Of a DNA stretch of 64,000 nucleotides, positions 36,339 to 48,849 are shown piece after piece. A model generated the notes under the pieces. It ran no database searches, was not told the DNA's origin, and saw only the letters and a list, made by a program, of their open reading frames with translations. The translations under genes and the position numbers were made by a program. This stretch comes from Takakia lepidozioides (lineage: Eukaryota > Plantae > Bryophyta). Positions within the stretch are counted from its first letter, which is position 1. Each line of letters opens with the position of its first letter. The DNA is taken from NCBI GenBank assembly GCA_030704615.1, contig CM060731.1, positions 42,656,001 to 42,720,000 on the forward strand. The letters run 5' to 3'.

Positions 36339-36708
36339 GGGTAGAACACCCTATGACCGTTCATCTAAAGATGGCGGAAGATCTAACGGTGAATTTTTGT
36401 CGTTTTTACCCCGGATAAATTGATAAGATGCCCCACATCTGGGGCATCCCAACACATTTGGAAGTGCATGATTTCATGAAATCCACACAAAGTTATGGGG
36501 TTTCAAAGTTGAACCAATCCGAATGCTTGTGTGAAGTTTGAGCCCTATGACCACTCATATTTCTTGGGGGTTCTATCAAACAACTGTTTGCCAAGTGGCA
36601 AAAATGAGCAAGTCTTGGGCCCAGCCATGGTCGCTCATGCAGGCCTGACCCAAGCAATTATGAGGTGAACGGTCATAGGAACTATAACGGTCATAGGGTG
36701 TTTTACCC
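36339..36708. mobile_element. MITE
   Basis: TIR GGGTAGAACACCCTATGACCGTT / AACGGTCATAGGGTGTTTTACCC with internal copies of CTATGACC. Confidence 0.8.
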
Positions 36709-37201
36709 TAGATCCTATCTTGACCTCACCAGCTAGTTGGGTCACCACTCCGCTTCCCTCCCACGACTCTCAGTTCCGGGTCATGTCTTCACATCGATTT
36801 CTTGCATGGAAGTGCGGAGCCCACCAGCTTGGACCACTCCGTGGTGGGGCCACTTGCTACTACTGCATTCCAATCCGCTCTCCCAGCTTACTTAATGGAC
36901 GCTCACATCTGCATATATATGTAAACCTTTCAAATGTTGTTTCAGCCAGTGTATCTACTGAACTTGCTCCCTGTGGTATTGGCTCTCATTCCATCCAGTC
37001 CTCCTCCATTCCAAGATTGGAAGTTCTAAGCTGCATAGGAGCTGCATATCATGACTAGTTAGGGGTTCAGTGAGGTAGGCATCAGAAAGTTCGCAGTAGC
37101 TGTGGTTAGCTAGCTGATCAGAACATTTATTGAGCTGGTAGTAATTGGCGTCCCCCGAGGCGCCAGTAAGATTTCTTGAAGGAAGACAGACGGACCACAC
37201 T

Positions 37202-37492
37202 ATGAAGAAACATGGAAGCTACAAGCAGGCACTTCCCACCATAAAAGAAGCAGAAGAGATACTGAGCTGGGCGCACAAGCCACAGCTAAAGATCAATTTG
37301 AGAGGTTCAAAATCTGTAAAGGAGGATAACAGCTGCCGCAAAACTTGTAGGATCCCTACATTCAAGAATGACGAGCTGCTGACGAGGAACTCGCGACTGA
37401 GATTTCTGGAAAGACTGAGAGACGTATACCAAGGAATGATGATGTGTATGGCTGTCAAAGCCGATATAGTACCTGTTGGTATCCTAGGATAA
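37202..37492 (+). CDS. small (96 aa) uncharacterised plant protein
   Basis: MKKHGSYKQALPTIKE...RFLERLRDVYQGMMMCMA...; conserved in a second copy at 63599-63891; TATA-like sequence at ~36914. Confidence 0.55.
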   Translation: MKKHGSYKQALPTIKEAEEILSWAHKPQLKINLRGSKSVKEDNSCRKTCRIPTFKNDELLTRNSRLRFLERLRDVYQGMMMCMAVKADIVPVGILG

Positions 37493-38369
37493 TCCACCTG
37501 GAAGTATCATAGGCTCCCCCTGTTTCAACTATTGAGAAATCGAAATGATGTATGTAAAATGTTGGGAAGCCCACATATAAGCTTCTAATTCGATGGTACA
37601 ACTATGCTGAGAAAGATCATCATGAGAACCTAGCTTAACCTAAGACTTAGGCTGCAACCTCGGCTGCATCCTCTGTACCATATGTATAATAGACAGTGCA
37701 ACTACTGACTAGAGTTCTTCTGGCACTTAGCTAGAACTAAGATTACGTTTCCAGGTACTGCCACAGGGCACGCTTCAATTCCTCAGTCCATCTGTGCCTG
37801 CTGGGATGTGTTGGAGTGTTGTTCACTTCAGTTGTACAGCTAATGACTAACTAGCAAGTGGTGGTTTGATTCACTGGACACCTGTGCTACATGTAAATAT
37901 ATACATGATGACACACAGAAGATTAGGTGTCAAATGTAATATATACATGATAACACATAAAAGAATAAGGTTTCTGCAAGCATAAAATAGTGATCATCTA
38001 TTCTACCCTGTCTTTCAGGCCATTCAAAATATTGTGGATTCTCTTCCCAGTGTGTTATATGGTGGCAACATCAAGCTGCCTGTCTCTAAATATAAGGTGT
38101 AGTTTTACTTGCTAGCAAGTTTGCTGCTATGTATATTCGTGTGCAACACTGAAGAAATTTATCCTAAAAGAGGACCCACAGTTTCTGCTGCTATGCAACA
38201 TACCATGGGACAGCAACCGTTCAATGGTCCAGGCGTCCTAAATTTCATTTGTGGGTAGCATGACAAATCCAACTATTCTGCAAGACCGCTGTCATTCACT
38301 TGTGAAAGCCTCAGAAATACAGATTCCAATGATGGCAGGCTGTGGTGGAATTAATGGCCACTATTTTAA

Positions 38370-38900
38370 TATGCCGTGAATTCATGTTTTCAAGTCTCTA
38401 GACAATGTCTTGACTTGCACATTGACATCCACATTTGTGAACAGTGAGGGTATTCTCCAGAAAGCTCTGGTGCATTGCCACCAACGTGGATGATGTCACT
38501 GTGGATTTCTCACTGCCCTTTTCCAGGGTTGCCAGGACACCACACGCCTTGACACCACAAATGTTGGATGTCACCCCTTCCCCTCAGTTATCATTTGCTC
38601 GTACATCACCACTGAGTCACGATGGCACCCACGCTCGGCGTATCCTGCCTTCTTTAAGTTAGGTTCCATGTAATTACATCTTCAAACTTACAGACATCCT
38701 GCTGTCCTTCTGCTGGACTTATTGTTATCAATATAGTCTCTTGCAGAAGAACCGTCTCCTGAAATCCCTCCTCCTCCTGACATCGATCCCCACAAGTGCC
38801 AGAAGAGTTCTTGTCCTCTCTTCCTCTTTCAACAGTGGTGGTCGTGACTCGTTGTGGAGGTGCCCGAGTCAACAAACCTTGTGATGCTGCAATTGTGCAA
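38370..38900 (-). pseudogene. degraded PLS-PPR relic (N-terminal part)
   Basis: N-terminal segment similar to 7030-7240 (SGTST...NSSGTCG) followed by GVTSNICGVKACGVLATLEKGSEKST and LVDVNV L/S-motif remnants. Confidence 0.6.
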
Positions 38901-40161
38901 CTGCCAGATTGAGAACGAATATAGAGGCAGAATTAATTTGTACCAAGCACGAGGCAGTTGAACTGGAACGTAGTGTCTGCAGTAACTTGATCTGTGTTGG
39001 ATAGGCCACACACCATTACAAGTTGGGGAGCAAAACCAACAGACAGATTCTGTGCACTGCATCAACTCTGGAAAAAGAGGTTTCACAAGTGGTGCATTTT
39101 CATTTCCGTGCCCAATACCTCCTCGCACCTTGTGTACGTGGATGCGATCAGGAAATTGTCGCACACAAGGACCCATCCACTGTCTTAAAAGCATTACAGA
39201 CCAGAAGTGTGAATTGAGGCAGTTTCCATTCATGGTAGTTAGCTCCGACAATAACTTCATCCATCTCCATGTTACACCCTAGCATGGATTCAAATGCCGA
39301 ATCCAGAAACTGCCTGGTGTATAGCATGGACCAGTGCCTAGCTTAGATTACAAATTAGTCAATGTGGTAAAATTTGGGTTGGATAAGCTTCAAACATGCT
39401 CACTTCAGAAGTGTCTTGAGTCTTGATCTTCCTACATACACCTCTGTAAGATTGAACCACTCAGACCAATCATAAGTACTCCAAGTTTTAGCAGGCAGCA
39501 ACCCGACATCCAAAAATCTATGAGATAAAAGAAGACTGCGAACGTTTGGATGCATAGCGCCATGCATGATCCGTCTCTAAATTTTTCTTCTCTTTGCGCA
39601 GAGACGCAAGCAAGTCCTCCATCAAAGCTGCCCACAACCCAATTCATTTGTCACATTAGCGAATCATTCTCACAGAGTCCACAAGAAATGAGAGGCTGAT
39701 ATTACAACATGTATATGAGTTTTCCACTGGACCACCTGTAGCTTTTTCCAACAACCCAAGTTCAAGTGATTGAATTAAAAACAGCTGTTACAAGGCCAAG
39801 TGTTTTGGAGGGTTCACCGGCGAAAATTTCTGGCTAACGACAGAACTCTCGCACCCTCAGAAAGTGAAGCTGAAGAATTTCTACGCCTGTCATCTGATGC
39901 GGCTTTTTGTAATTCCAGGGCCATTAGGGTTATCGCCTATAGAATTATCATCAGTGTCCAAAGGCAACAATCGCAACTTCCCCAGCTGTTAAAATGCGAT
40001 GCTCTTACCTTACACCAAGCACAGCCCAAACAGATAGATCCATTCCGCCTAAGATATCTATTGGGGATTGCGCAATCCCAGAACCATTTCAGTAGAACCC
40101 AAATCCAAGTTTGAGAAAAGAAAGAGACACAATCCACACACGCACACGCACATACAGATAC

Positions 40162-40300
40162 CTTGCTCAGTCTCGGCCTTGCAGTCAAGAGTGAAGGTGA
40201 GGTCTTCCGCCATGAGATCCAGCAGCGCAGCATCATCGCCGGCTGCCACAGCGCCCGATATGGCGGCCCCCACCCGTGCTGGTGATGCCCCGCCCTGCAT
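40162..40300 (-). CDS. first exon of an unidentified gene or pseudogene
   Basis: MQGGASPARVGAAISGAVAAGDDAALLDLMAEDLTFTLDCKAETEQ followed by a GTAT donor and a GT-rich intron; downstream exons not resolved. Confidence 0.35.
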
Positions 40301-43014
40301 CACAACCCTCTTCCCCCTCCTCTTCTCCTTCTTCTTCACACCTATTGATACTCACAGTCCTCGACCTTCGCTACCTGGGATTTTCAATACCTTCATAGAT
40401 GTCACGCAAGGTAATTCCAATAACCCACAGGTGATATTTCGATGATGATTCAAGGGCTACGACAGTTATTATGATGGGCCACAAGTTCAGTAGATTTGTT
40501 ATCCTGTCGAAACAGCCAATCCTGGTGGACAGATCTTTCTTTGAAGGATGTAGGAGTTCAGAGATATATGACGTGCGATTGTCTAAGGGAAGAGTTTTCA
40601 CTCATGCAGGACTCTACCTGGTTATCAGCACCGGAATAGTCTAAGGTCAGACACACAAAAGCAGTGTACCCCGCAGGCCACAGGCCCACAGTGAGCTGCT
40701 ATCTTTCGCTTGTTTGATGCTTTTCACAGTATGTTTGCCGTTTGCTTATGATCTCCTTCTCCAAGCGACTTTCCAATTTTTAACATCTGTTCTTCAGGCC
40801 AGCAAATCGAGTTACATACCTCACATTCCTCATGATTAAGACGCTTATACCACCTGCAAGTGAATGGTCATCTTGTTATGTGCACATTTCATTTACTACA
40901 TTAACTTCAATTTTCTTTGGCCTCTCATTTTAAGATAATAGGGTCTTCAATGGGCACGTGCGATGTGGCCGGTGGGCCCCGTGCACGGACGCCTGGCTCC
41001 CCAGCACCCGCCCGCCGCTGCGCTCGGTCGCTGCAGCCGCGCCCGCGCCCCCGTCCACCGCGCGGCCAGTCCCCCGCCCATGAGTCCACTGCCCTCCAGT
41101 CTGCCAGTCCGCTGCTGGCCAGTCTGCTGCCCAGCCGTCTGCCCGCCAGTCCGCTGCCCAGCAGTCTGCCAGTCCGCCAGTCTGCCTGCCAGTCCCCTGC
41201 CATCCAGTCCGCTGACGGCGCAGGATCGCCACCGTCCATTCCCATAACCCATCCGAGCCCTCCATTTTTAGGGCTGCGAAAATGGCAATGATCTTCCCAC
41301 CAAATCCCAGCCGCTCTCTTTTGACGGTTGTTTGTTGTCCGATGTTGCGGTAGGCGTTTCCATGCACGCGACTGTTCCTCTTTTGCGCGCAATGTTCATG
41401 ATGATGATGAAGCGTGTGCTTGAACATGAGAGGACTGTCTCGGCACTACAGCCACCATCGTGCATATGCTTCCATTATTTTTGCCTTCTTGTTGTGCTTT
41501 CGGGAACCTTCGTTTTATGGTTTGGTTCTTTGTCATAAATATGGAAAATGCGGACATCTGTCGTCGATAACGTCCTCTGCTTGTGATCCGTCATGATACG
41601 TTTAGCCCCTTCGTATTGCTTCCTTCATGAGAGCCTTCACAAGTTTAGTTCGTTAAAGGAACCCATGGGTAACATGGGCGCGAAAATGGCGGAAGCGTAT
41701 GCACATGGGGGCGTGTATTGCAGATTTCGTATTGGACGATGGGACTGTTTATGTGACCAAGTATAGCGGCTTGCATCCGTCGTGCATAAGTTGTGGAAAA
41801 GGGTGGAGAATCTGAAGAAACCCAGCTTTGTGATGGATCCACATGGTATTATATAAAGGATGGCAGCACAAAAAAGCAATTCGAGTCGTCACGGAACACC
41901 ATCCAGTCGTAAGGTCCTCAAACATCCACATGCACCTGCTGAATGCAGATATCTGAGCCACGACGGGAGTAGGTGCAGAATCGGTACATTGTCGCATTTG
42001 CCAGGAGACGGACCAGGCTGAGACAATTGCATCTGCAAATGCGCGTGGATGTTTGAGGTCCGTTGTGTCGCGAGTCTGTTCACAGTGGGTCCGCTGGCCC
42101 GTCAGTGTTCCGGATATTCCCCTTATCGCGTGCATAACAGTCAGTTTGGAGGCGGTCTACTGGAAGTCCGTCTGTTGGGATATCAGTCTGTCACACTTGT
42201 GAATTTGTCAGTCTGTTGTGTCGGAAGTCTGTTGCACTAAGTCTGTTTGACTTCTTATTTTCCCTCCGATCAGTCTTTTGGCTTGTTCTTCCTCCAGTCT
42301 GGCAAAACATCCGTCTGCTGGAGAGTTCTCCTCTATGGATATCAATCTGTTGGACTGTGCATGCATCAGTCTGTTGTGCCGCGAGTCTGTTGTGCCGCGA
42401 GTCTGTTCGCAATGGGTGTGTTCGACTTTCCTGTTCTCCCCTTACTCTCTTTTGTCTTCATTCCGCTGGCAGGGAAGTGCCTCCAATATGAAGCCGCTTC
42501 GCCTCAGCAAAGCGAATAGTCCGCTGGGAAATGAGTCTACTGCACTTGCGAGGACCGTGGATGAATTTAGTACGATGCGTTCGTTCGGTGGACGTATTCA
42601 ATGCGATGACGGCAGATAGTTGGCGCCTGTGAAATTGCACCACGTTGGCAATGCCATGCCCGCTTTCCCCCTTCTACTTCTACTTTCTTCTCATGTTCCC
42701 TATGCGATCAACTCCATTCTCTTTGCGCCTGTTTCTTCGCACTGTTTTGCACTGTTTTGTTTTCCTCTTTGCGTTTCCATCACCGTAACGAAAGACGGCC
42801 GTTCTTCCCCAGGTGTGGAGAGTCGCGGTGAGCCGCGAAGCGTCGCAAACACGCTCGCCTTTGTAACAACTCGAAGTTCATCGGCTCGGTGAGGTTCTCA
42901 CTTGCTGCGGTGTTTCCATTCCATTCTGTGTCATCTTCTTGCTTAGGATGAGTCTTTTCATAGGACTTCTATCTGTCGTTCATTGTCCTTGCACCTTCGT
43001 TTCATTCTGCAGCG

Positions 43015-46000
43015 ATGGAGGATGCTTGTGAAAAGGGTGGAGCGGACTGGGTGGATTTTGTGCACCAAACCAGACTGAAGAAAGAGCGAAGGTACTGGTA
43101 CTCACTAGACGAGTTTGATCATAAAATAGTGGAAGCATTTGTAGACCTCCGCGTCCAGAAGCCCAAAAACTCGAATTGGCAGAATGACAAGCTCTTCTGT
43201 CCCTTCTGTGAAGAGGTTATCAAGAACAAAATCCAACTAAATCGGCATTGTGTTGACACAGGTTGCAAGGAGACTGTTGCAATGATTCCACGGGATTTCA
43301 AGCTTTGGCTGATACTGAAAGAAATGTCGATTGTCAAAGAGGCCACAATGTACTTGCGCGGATCAGTGCTTGACCCCCGCACTTTGGAATTAGACGAAGT
43401 GCGCGCACGGTATGGCGTCCATTCTGGTAGCCCGTCAATGGAGGATTTGCAAGTATAGGGAACGCCGGACGCCGCCAAAAAACGTAAACTTATTGATAGG
43501 GCCCAAAAAAAGGAGAGGCAAAAAAAAGAGAAGGCTGCAAGGTCTGCTCGCGAGGCAAGGGCAAAATCCACGCAACAGACTGAACCCCGTCCTGGGCGGC
43601 AGACCCACACCATCAGTACTGATACTGAAAGTGAATCTGCTCAGGGCCTGGAAGGGGTGACAAGTCCGGTGGACATTGACTTGCCTGACCAGACTCGGCA
43701 GCAGACTCACACAAATATTGCGACCCATGCCATCGGTTTAGGGTCAAAACCAAAAACTCAACAGAGCACTGAAGGGCCAGTCTGTCCTGGCACATTACGC
43801 CTCGTTGACTTTGGGCTTTTCCCACCAGAGTGCCCACCAATTGGGGATCCAGACTTCTTCCGTTATTTCTACAGAGTTGCCCAGTCAGGTCTGCTACGCA
43901 TATTCATCCGACAGGCGGAACAGAACTCGTTGAACAGCTTTGAAGATGAAGATGACGATGATGAAGTAGAAGAGGTAATGGTTAGTCTGACCACCTAGTC
44001 TGTTCTCTGTGCTGTTTGATCCATCATCGGGGTCATGTTGCCTATTCAGTCTGGTTAGTCTGCTGCGTTCTCTCCTCAGTCCGCTGGCTCACTCCGCTCG
44101 TCAGTTAGTCTGTTTTATATCGCTGCATTACTTACTGAGTCCGTTTGTCAGTCCGCTGGTCCAGTCCACTGGTACAGTCTACTAGTTGCCTCCACCCTAC
44201 GTACGCACGTTACAGTCTGCTGGTCTGTGAGTCCAGTCCGCTGCATGAGGTGAATATAGAGTCCACGTCCATGTTCATGACGTCCAAGTTCTCTGCCGTG
44301 TACCAGGATGAACGTGTTTCTATTCGTAGGGCCATTCAGGCTTGGCGGATACCTAGCAATGATGCTCCTTTACAAGCGACTGCAGTGCGTGCGGAAGTGG
44401 ATTGCGTGCGAGAGTACATATTATTGAAGTATCCTGGGTCATCTGCTGCTATAGCGGCATTACATATTCAAGACGCGTCGGGGGGGAATGCGTATGAGAC
44501 AGCCGAGTCTGCCATCCAGCAGACTCCCATTCAGCAGACCGTCATCCAGCAGACTCCCGTTCAGCAGCCTGTCATCCAGCAGACTCCTCTCCAGGAGCCC
44601 ATCATGCAGCCCATGCCAATGGGAAGTCTTGTCATCCAATAGACTGCGGACCAGCAGACTGCCTTTCTCTCACATAGCACGGCGTTTTTTGCAGTTTGGC
44701 GATCGCCATCACCGGTAATTCGACCCGGAGCTGAAGACCTCACACTTCCCCGGCTTAGGATGAGAGAAATTAATCCCCATTTGGATTGGCATAATGAGCT
44801 CCACCGGATTGTTGCAGACCGCCGGTGGTCATTTGTACCCTTTCATTATTCCATGGAGTTTTCTATTGAGGAAGCCAACCATATTCTGGAAGCCGCCTCT
44901 GCTGTTGCCATTGAAGCCACAAGCGACCAAAATGCGTCGCCTCTACTTGTGCAGCTGATTCTCATGGATGACCCACGGCCTGAAGACCTCAGACATATGC
45001 CTATGGCACATCCAACCTTTGGGGTGCAAAGAAAGCACTTGTTCGGATTGACTGAGGAGGATTGAGCGCATGGCAGCTTCCTTCCTACAACACAGATGGA
45101 TGCAATTTGGCAATTTCCGCTCATACAACAAGTTGATGAAGGATCTACATAGTTTGAGGATGGACTTACTCCATAGAACAGACCATTCACAGAAGTTTGT
45201 GGTGGATGACGCATTGCACTGGTTTGCATTGGTGATGGAGCGAGCAGTATTCGACATTGTTTTGCAGAATCCCAATGTCTTCAAAGTCCTGTGGTGTGGG
45301 ATCCCAACTGAAGACCGCATCGGCGCCATTGCTCATCTCGATGGAGCATGCCTGTGCCGGCAAATCAAAGACATTGGCCTCGTCGAAAATCTCTTGGAAG
45401 GTAAAATGTTATGGGCAACTTTCGTGTTTCAGCTCAATTTCTTTTGCCAACTTTTTTAGAAGTTAACATTTGCATAAACATGTGTTGCAGGGCGAGTTGA
45501 TCTGGGAGACAAGCAAGTGCAGGCTGCTTTCGACTCTTTTGCCAGAGGTGCAAGGGACCTTGTCCTGGCTTTACAAAGAGTTCGGGATACTGTCCAGCAG
45601 ACTGGCCACAAGAATGTCCAACAACATATTCCCCACGACACATGTGGGCAGACTGCCCAAGTGCTGGAGACCGAGCATATGCACCAGACCGTCCCGGGTA
45701 ATAGGCCGGATCACTCCCAGCAGACTGCCCCGCATACACATACTCAGTATGTGCAAACAGTACTGAGCAGGTAGCAAACTTTGTAGACTTTGCAGCAGAC
45801 CGGAGAACAGACCAGCCAACATACTGCCCCTTAACCGACTGTGCAGCAGACCAGCGAACATGGCCACTAGACTGCCCCTCAGCAGACTGTACAACAGACC
45901 GTGTAGCAGACCGACGAATCCAACCAGCAGATTGCCCCTCAGCAGACTGTGCAGCAGACCGACAAATCCAGCCAGCAGATTGCCCCTCAGCAGACCGTGC

Positions 46001-48127
46001 AGCAGACCGACGAATCCAGCCAGCAGATTGCCCCTCAGCAGACTGTGCATCACACTGGCGAACCCACTCAGCAGATGGCCGAGCAGACTATCCAGGAGAC
46101 TAACAGCCAGTCTGTTCCCTGGATTGTGCAACAGACTCGGATGCATTGGCCTCACCGGGACCCTATGGACGAATTTCTGCTGAGTTCCCAACAACACGTT
46201 TTTGGATTTGTCAGTATGAGTGTTTTGACCGAGTCCACTTTTCCCTCAGGCACATTCACTGACGACGTGGCCTGCCTTCTATGACCTTCCAGCTTAGTTC
46301 CGTTTTCGTGCGCTCAGTGGCGAAAGCCATAGATGAGTCCTACTGGATTACATGGAGTCTGCTCCCTCACCCCTTGGGCAGGTTGTGCCATTTCTTCTTT
46401 CAGCACTGTTGTTTATGTTTTAGCACATTGTGAAATTGGGCTAATTCGCCGTTTTGCTCGGTATCCTCACAGGATGTTCGTCCCTCCGTCGGCAGACTGT
46501 CTACTTCTGAGGACATGACATCTTCCGCCCATGCTGCAAACGTGGGATCGACAACCAAGAAAGGTGTGGGGGTGAGCACGCCCCCCGATACGCGGGTCAG
46601 TTCTACGCATGCGACCCATGAAGCTGCAAAGACAGGTCCAGCAAGTGTAAACAAACCTGCTGACCAGCCTCTGTTGCGAAGTAGGGTGACAGCGCTGCGT
46701 TTGTCTGCTCTATCCAGCCCGCCTACAGCTGTCCGTGCTTCCCAGGGGAGAGGCAAAGCCAAGAAGCGACTGTCGTGGACCATGCTGAGGAGGTCGAGGA
46801 GGGTCCGAGTACCAAGAGACCGGCGAAGAAAAAGTCTGGCGTCTTTATGAACAAGAACCGCAAGCTGGCCTTGGACATGGACAAAGATGTGGGTCGTTTC
46901 CTAGAGCAGCACAGGTGAGTACTGTGCTCAGTCTCATCATCTGTCTTTGTCGTTAAGTGCTTTGCGCTCTGTTGTGGTCAGTCTGCTGCTGGTTTCATCA
47001 TTGTCTGTTGTGGTTAGTCTTGTCAGTCTGATGAACTGTTCAGCCTGTAGAGTATTTGGTACCATGTTGACGTCAGTCTATTCAGTACATGAGGCTTCCC
47101 GAAGGATGGTCTGCTCTATGCAGGATGGGTGCTCGGTTTGGCAAAGTACATGTTCTACACGTGAAGGCGGGTAATTCCATGCTGATGTTTTTTGAAGGGG
47201 ACCCACGGTTTGAATGCGGACTGTCGCCGGATGACATAAAGACGCTCCAGAAGGTTGAGTCGGAGTGCACAGATAGACTCCTAGTGCACAGATAGACTCC
47301 TGGAGCTGTGGTGTCGATTCTATGAGAAGTCGGTTGAGGCTGCGTTCACCAACACTATTGTTATTCTTCCAACGTCGACGTGGACGGTGTTGAAGTCATT
47401 GGGGGTGGGGCAACGTGAAAGCCATCTGGAGGTCTTGAAAGGTTGCCTCAGCACTGAACGACTGGGCAAGGACTTGAAAGAGTGCGATTTCATTATGGTG
47501 CCAATTGGGGACGAGTAAGAACTCTTCCGAGTCTGCTGAGACTGTCTCCTGAGTCATAGTTTGGTTTCGCAGTGTCGTCTTGACTCTGAGCGATTAAGTT
47601 GACCTCTGTATTTGTGCAGTGGACTGGGTTTGAAGATTGAGTCTGCTGAGTGCTGAGTCTGCTGAGTCTGCTGAGTGGTCGGTCTGCTGAGTGTCAGTTT
47701 GCTGAGTCTGCCCATCATGATTGTGCAATGACGCCATGTTGTTTGATACCATTGCAGGGGGCACTGGAGTGTTTGTATCATCGACCTCCGCAAGGGCTGT
47801 TACACTCACATGAACTCTATCAGGGACTCGCATAAATGTCCCTTTGTTCTAGGGTGGATTCGGAAGCTTCATGCTGAGTGCTTAGGGTACTCGATGGACT
47901 CACCAGAGTGGCATGAGATTGTCCAAGCATTTCAGTTCCACGCGCCTGATGTGCCCCAGCAACCATTCAGCTGGGAGTGTGGCTTTTACGTCATGTCATT
48001 CATTCAAGTGTTTTATGAGTGGGTAAAAGTCAGAGCAAATGTCTCCAAGACTGCAAAGCCAGAGAGAGGAACACCTTTCACGAAGGACTGGTTTACTTTC
48101 AAGTTTGCACTTGGGCAGCGAATGTAG
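43015..48127 (+). pseudogene. MULE accessory gene(s): N-terminal C2H2-like finger, Gln-rich QQT repeats, C-terminal Ulp1/C48 SUMO protease
   Basis: LFCPFCEEVIKNKIQLNRHC; QQTP/QQTV repeats (44516-44660, 45590-46140); FIMVPI, HWSVCII (His 47762), HMNS, VPQQPFSWECGFYVM (Cys 47978); GT-AG introns; several nonsense and frameshift lesions. Confidence 0.8.
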
Positions 48128-48849
48128 TGTGCCCAGTATATCGTGCGGGGGTTGGACAATGTAGAGAAACTGCTCTCATGAGTATGATGTACTTGTCCTG
48201 TGAAGTCTATGTACCAAAATAAAAAATGCGAGTCTTTTCGCTTACTATTCCAGTGGTGATGAGCACTTTTGTGTACTGTGGGTGCTGGCATGTTTTGTAA
48301 TGTTGTCACTAAACTCAATGGACACAATGGTGTCAATTTTTCCATGCACTGTGCACCCGAGTCTGCTGAGCTTGAATGTGCGAGCAGTACGCTGCCGAGG
48401 CTAGGACTGGTGGGTCTGGTACCTAGTCTGGTAGGCACCATGTCCATGAGTCCGCTGGGACGCTGGATTGGCATAAGTCGTTAGGGAGGTAGTCCACTGG
48501 AGCCTATCCATTTTGAGTCTACTGTTGTGGATGAGTTTGCTTGAGACTTAGTCTGTCCAGCAGTCTGCTGGAAGAGTTGCAGGGATGAGGTGGAAGTGTG
48601 GTGAGCAGACTGGCTTACTGGCGCTCGCAGTCTGTTGAATGTGACTATGTTGGGAGACTGTGCGTGAGTCCGTTGGGAGACTATGCTTGGAAGACTGTGT
48701 GGGAGTCAGTTGGGAGACTGTGCATTAGTCCATTGCGGACTTGTATTTCAGAAAAGGACAATACTACCAGAGGAATTGCAGACTTATATTGTCTTCTTCG
48801 TGACACCTACACGACGTGAAACCTTGTCTCTTTTCGAGGCATTGCAGAC

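Noticed and set aside
40905-40918. 9-bp TSD for the MULE
   Set aside because: The flanks (ATTTTCTTT versus TTTCAATAT) do not match, and the LINE on the right does not visibly continue on the left; the TSD was probably lost by adjacent deletion.
40917-41427. Several 100-165 aa ORFs in the TIRs (mirrored at 52105-52579)
   Set aside because: By-products of GC-rich, motif-repetitive TIR sequence on both strands.
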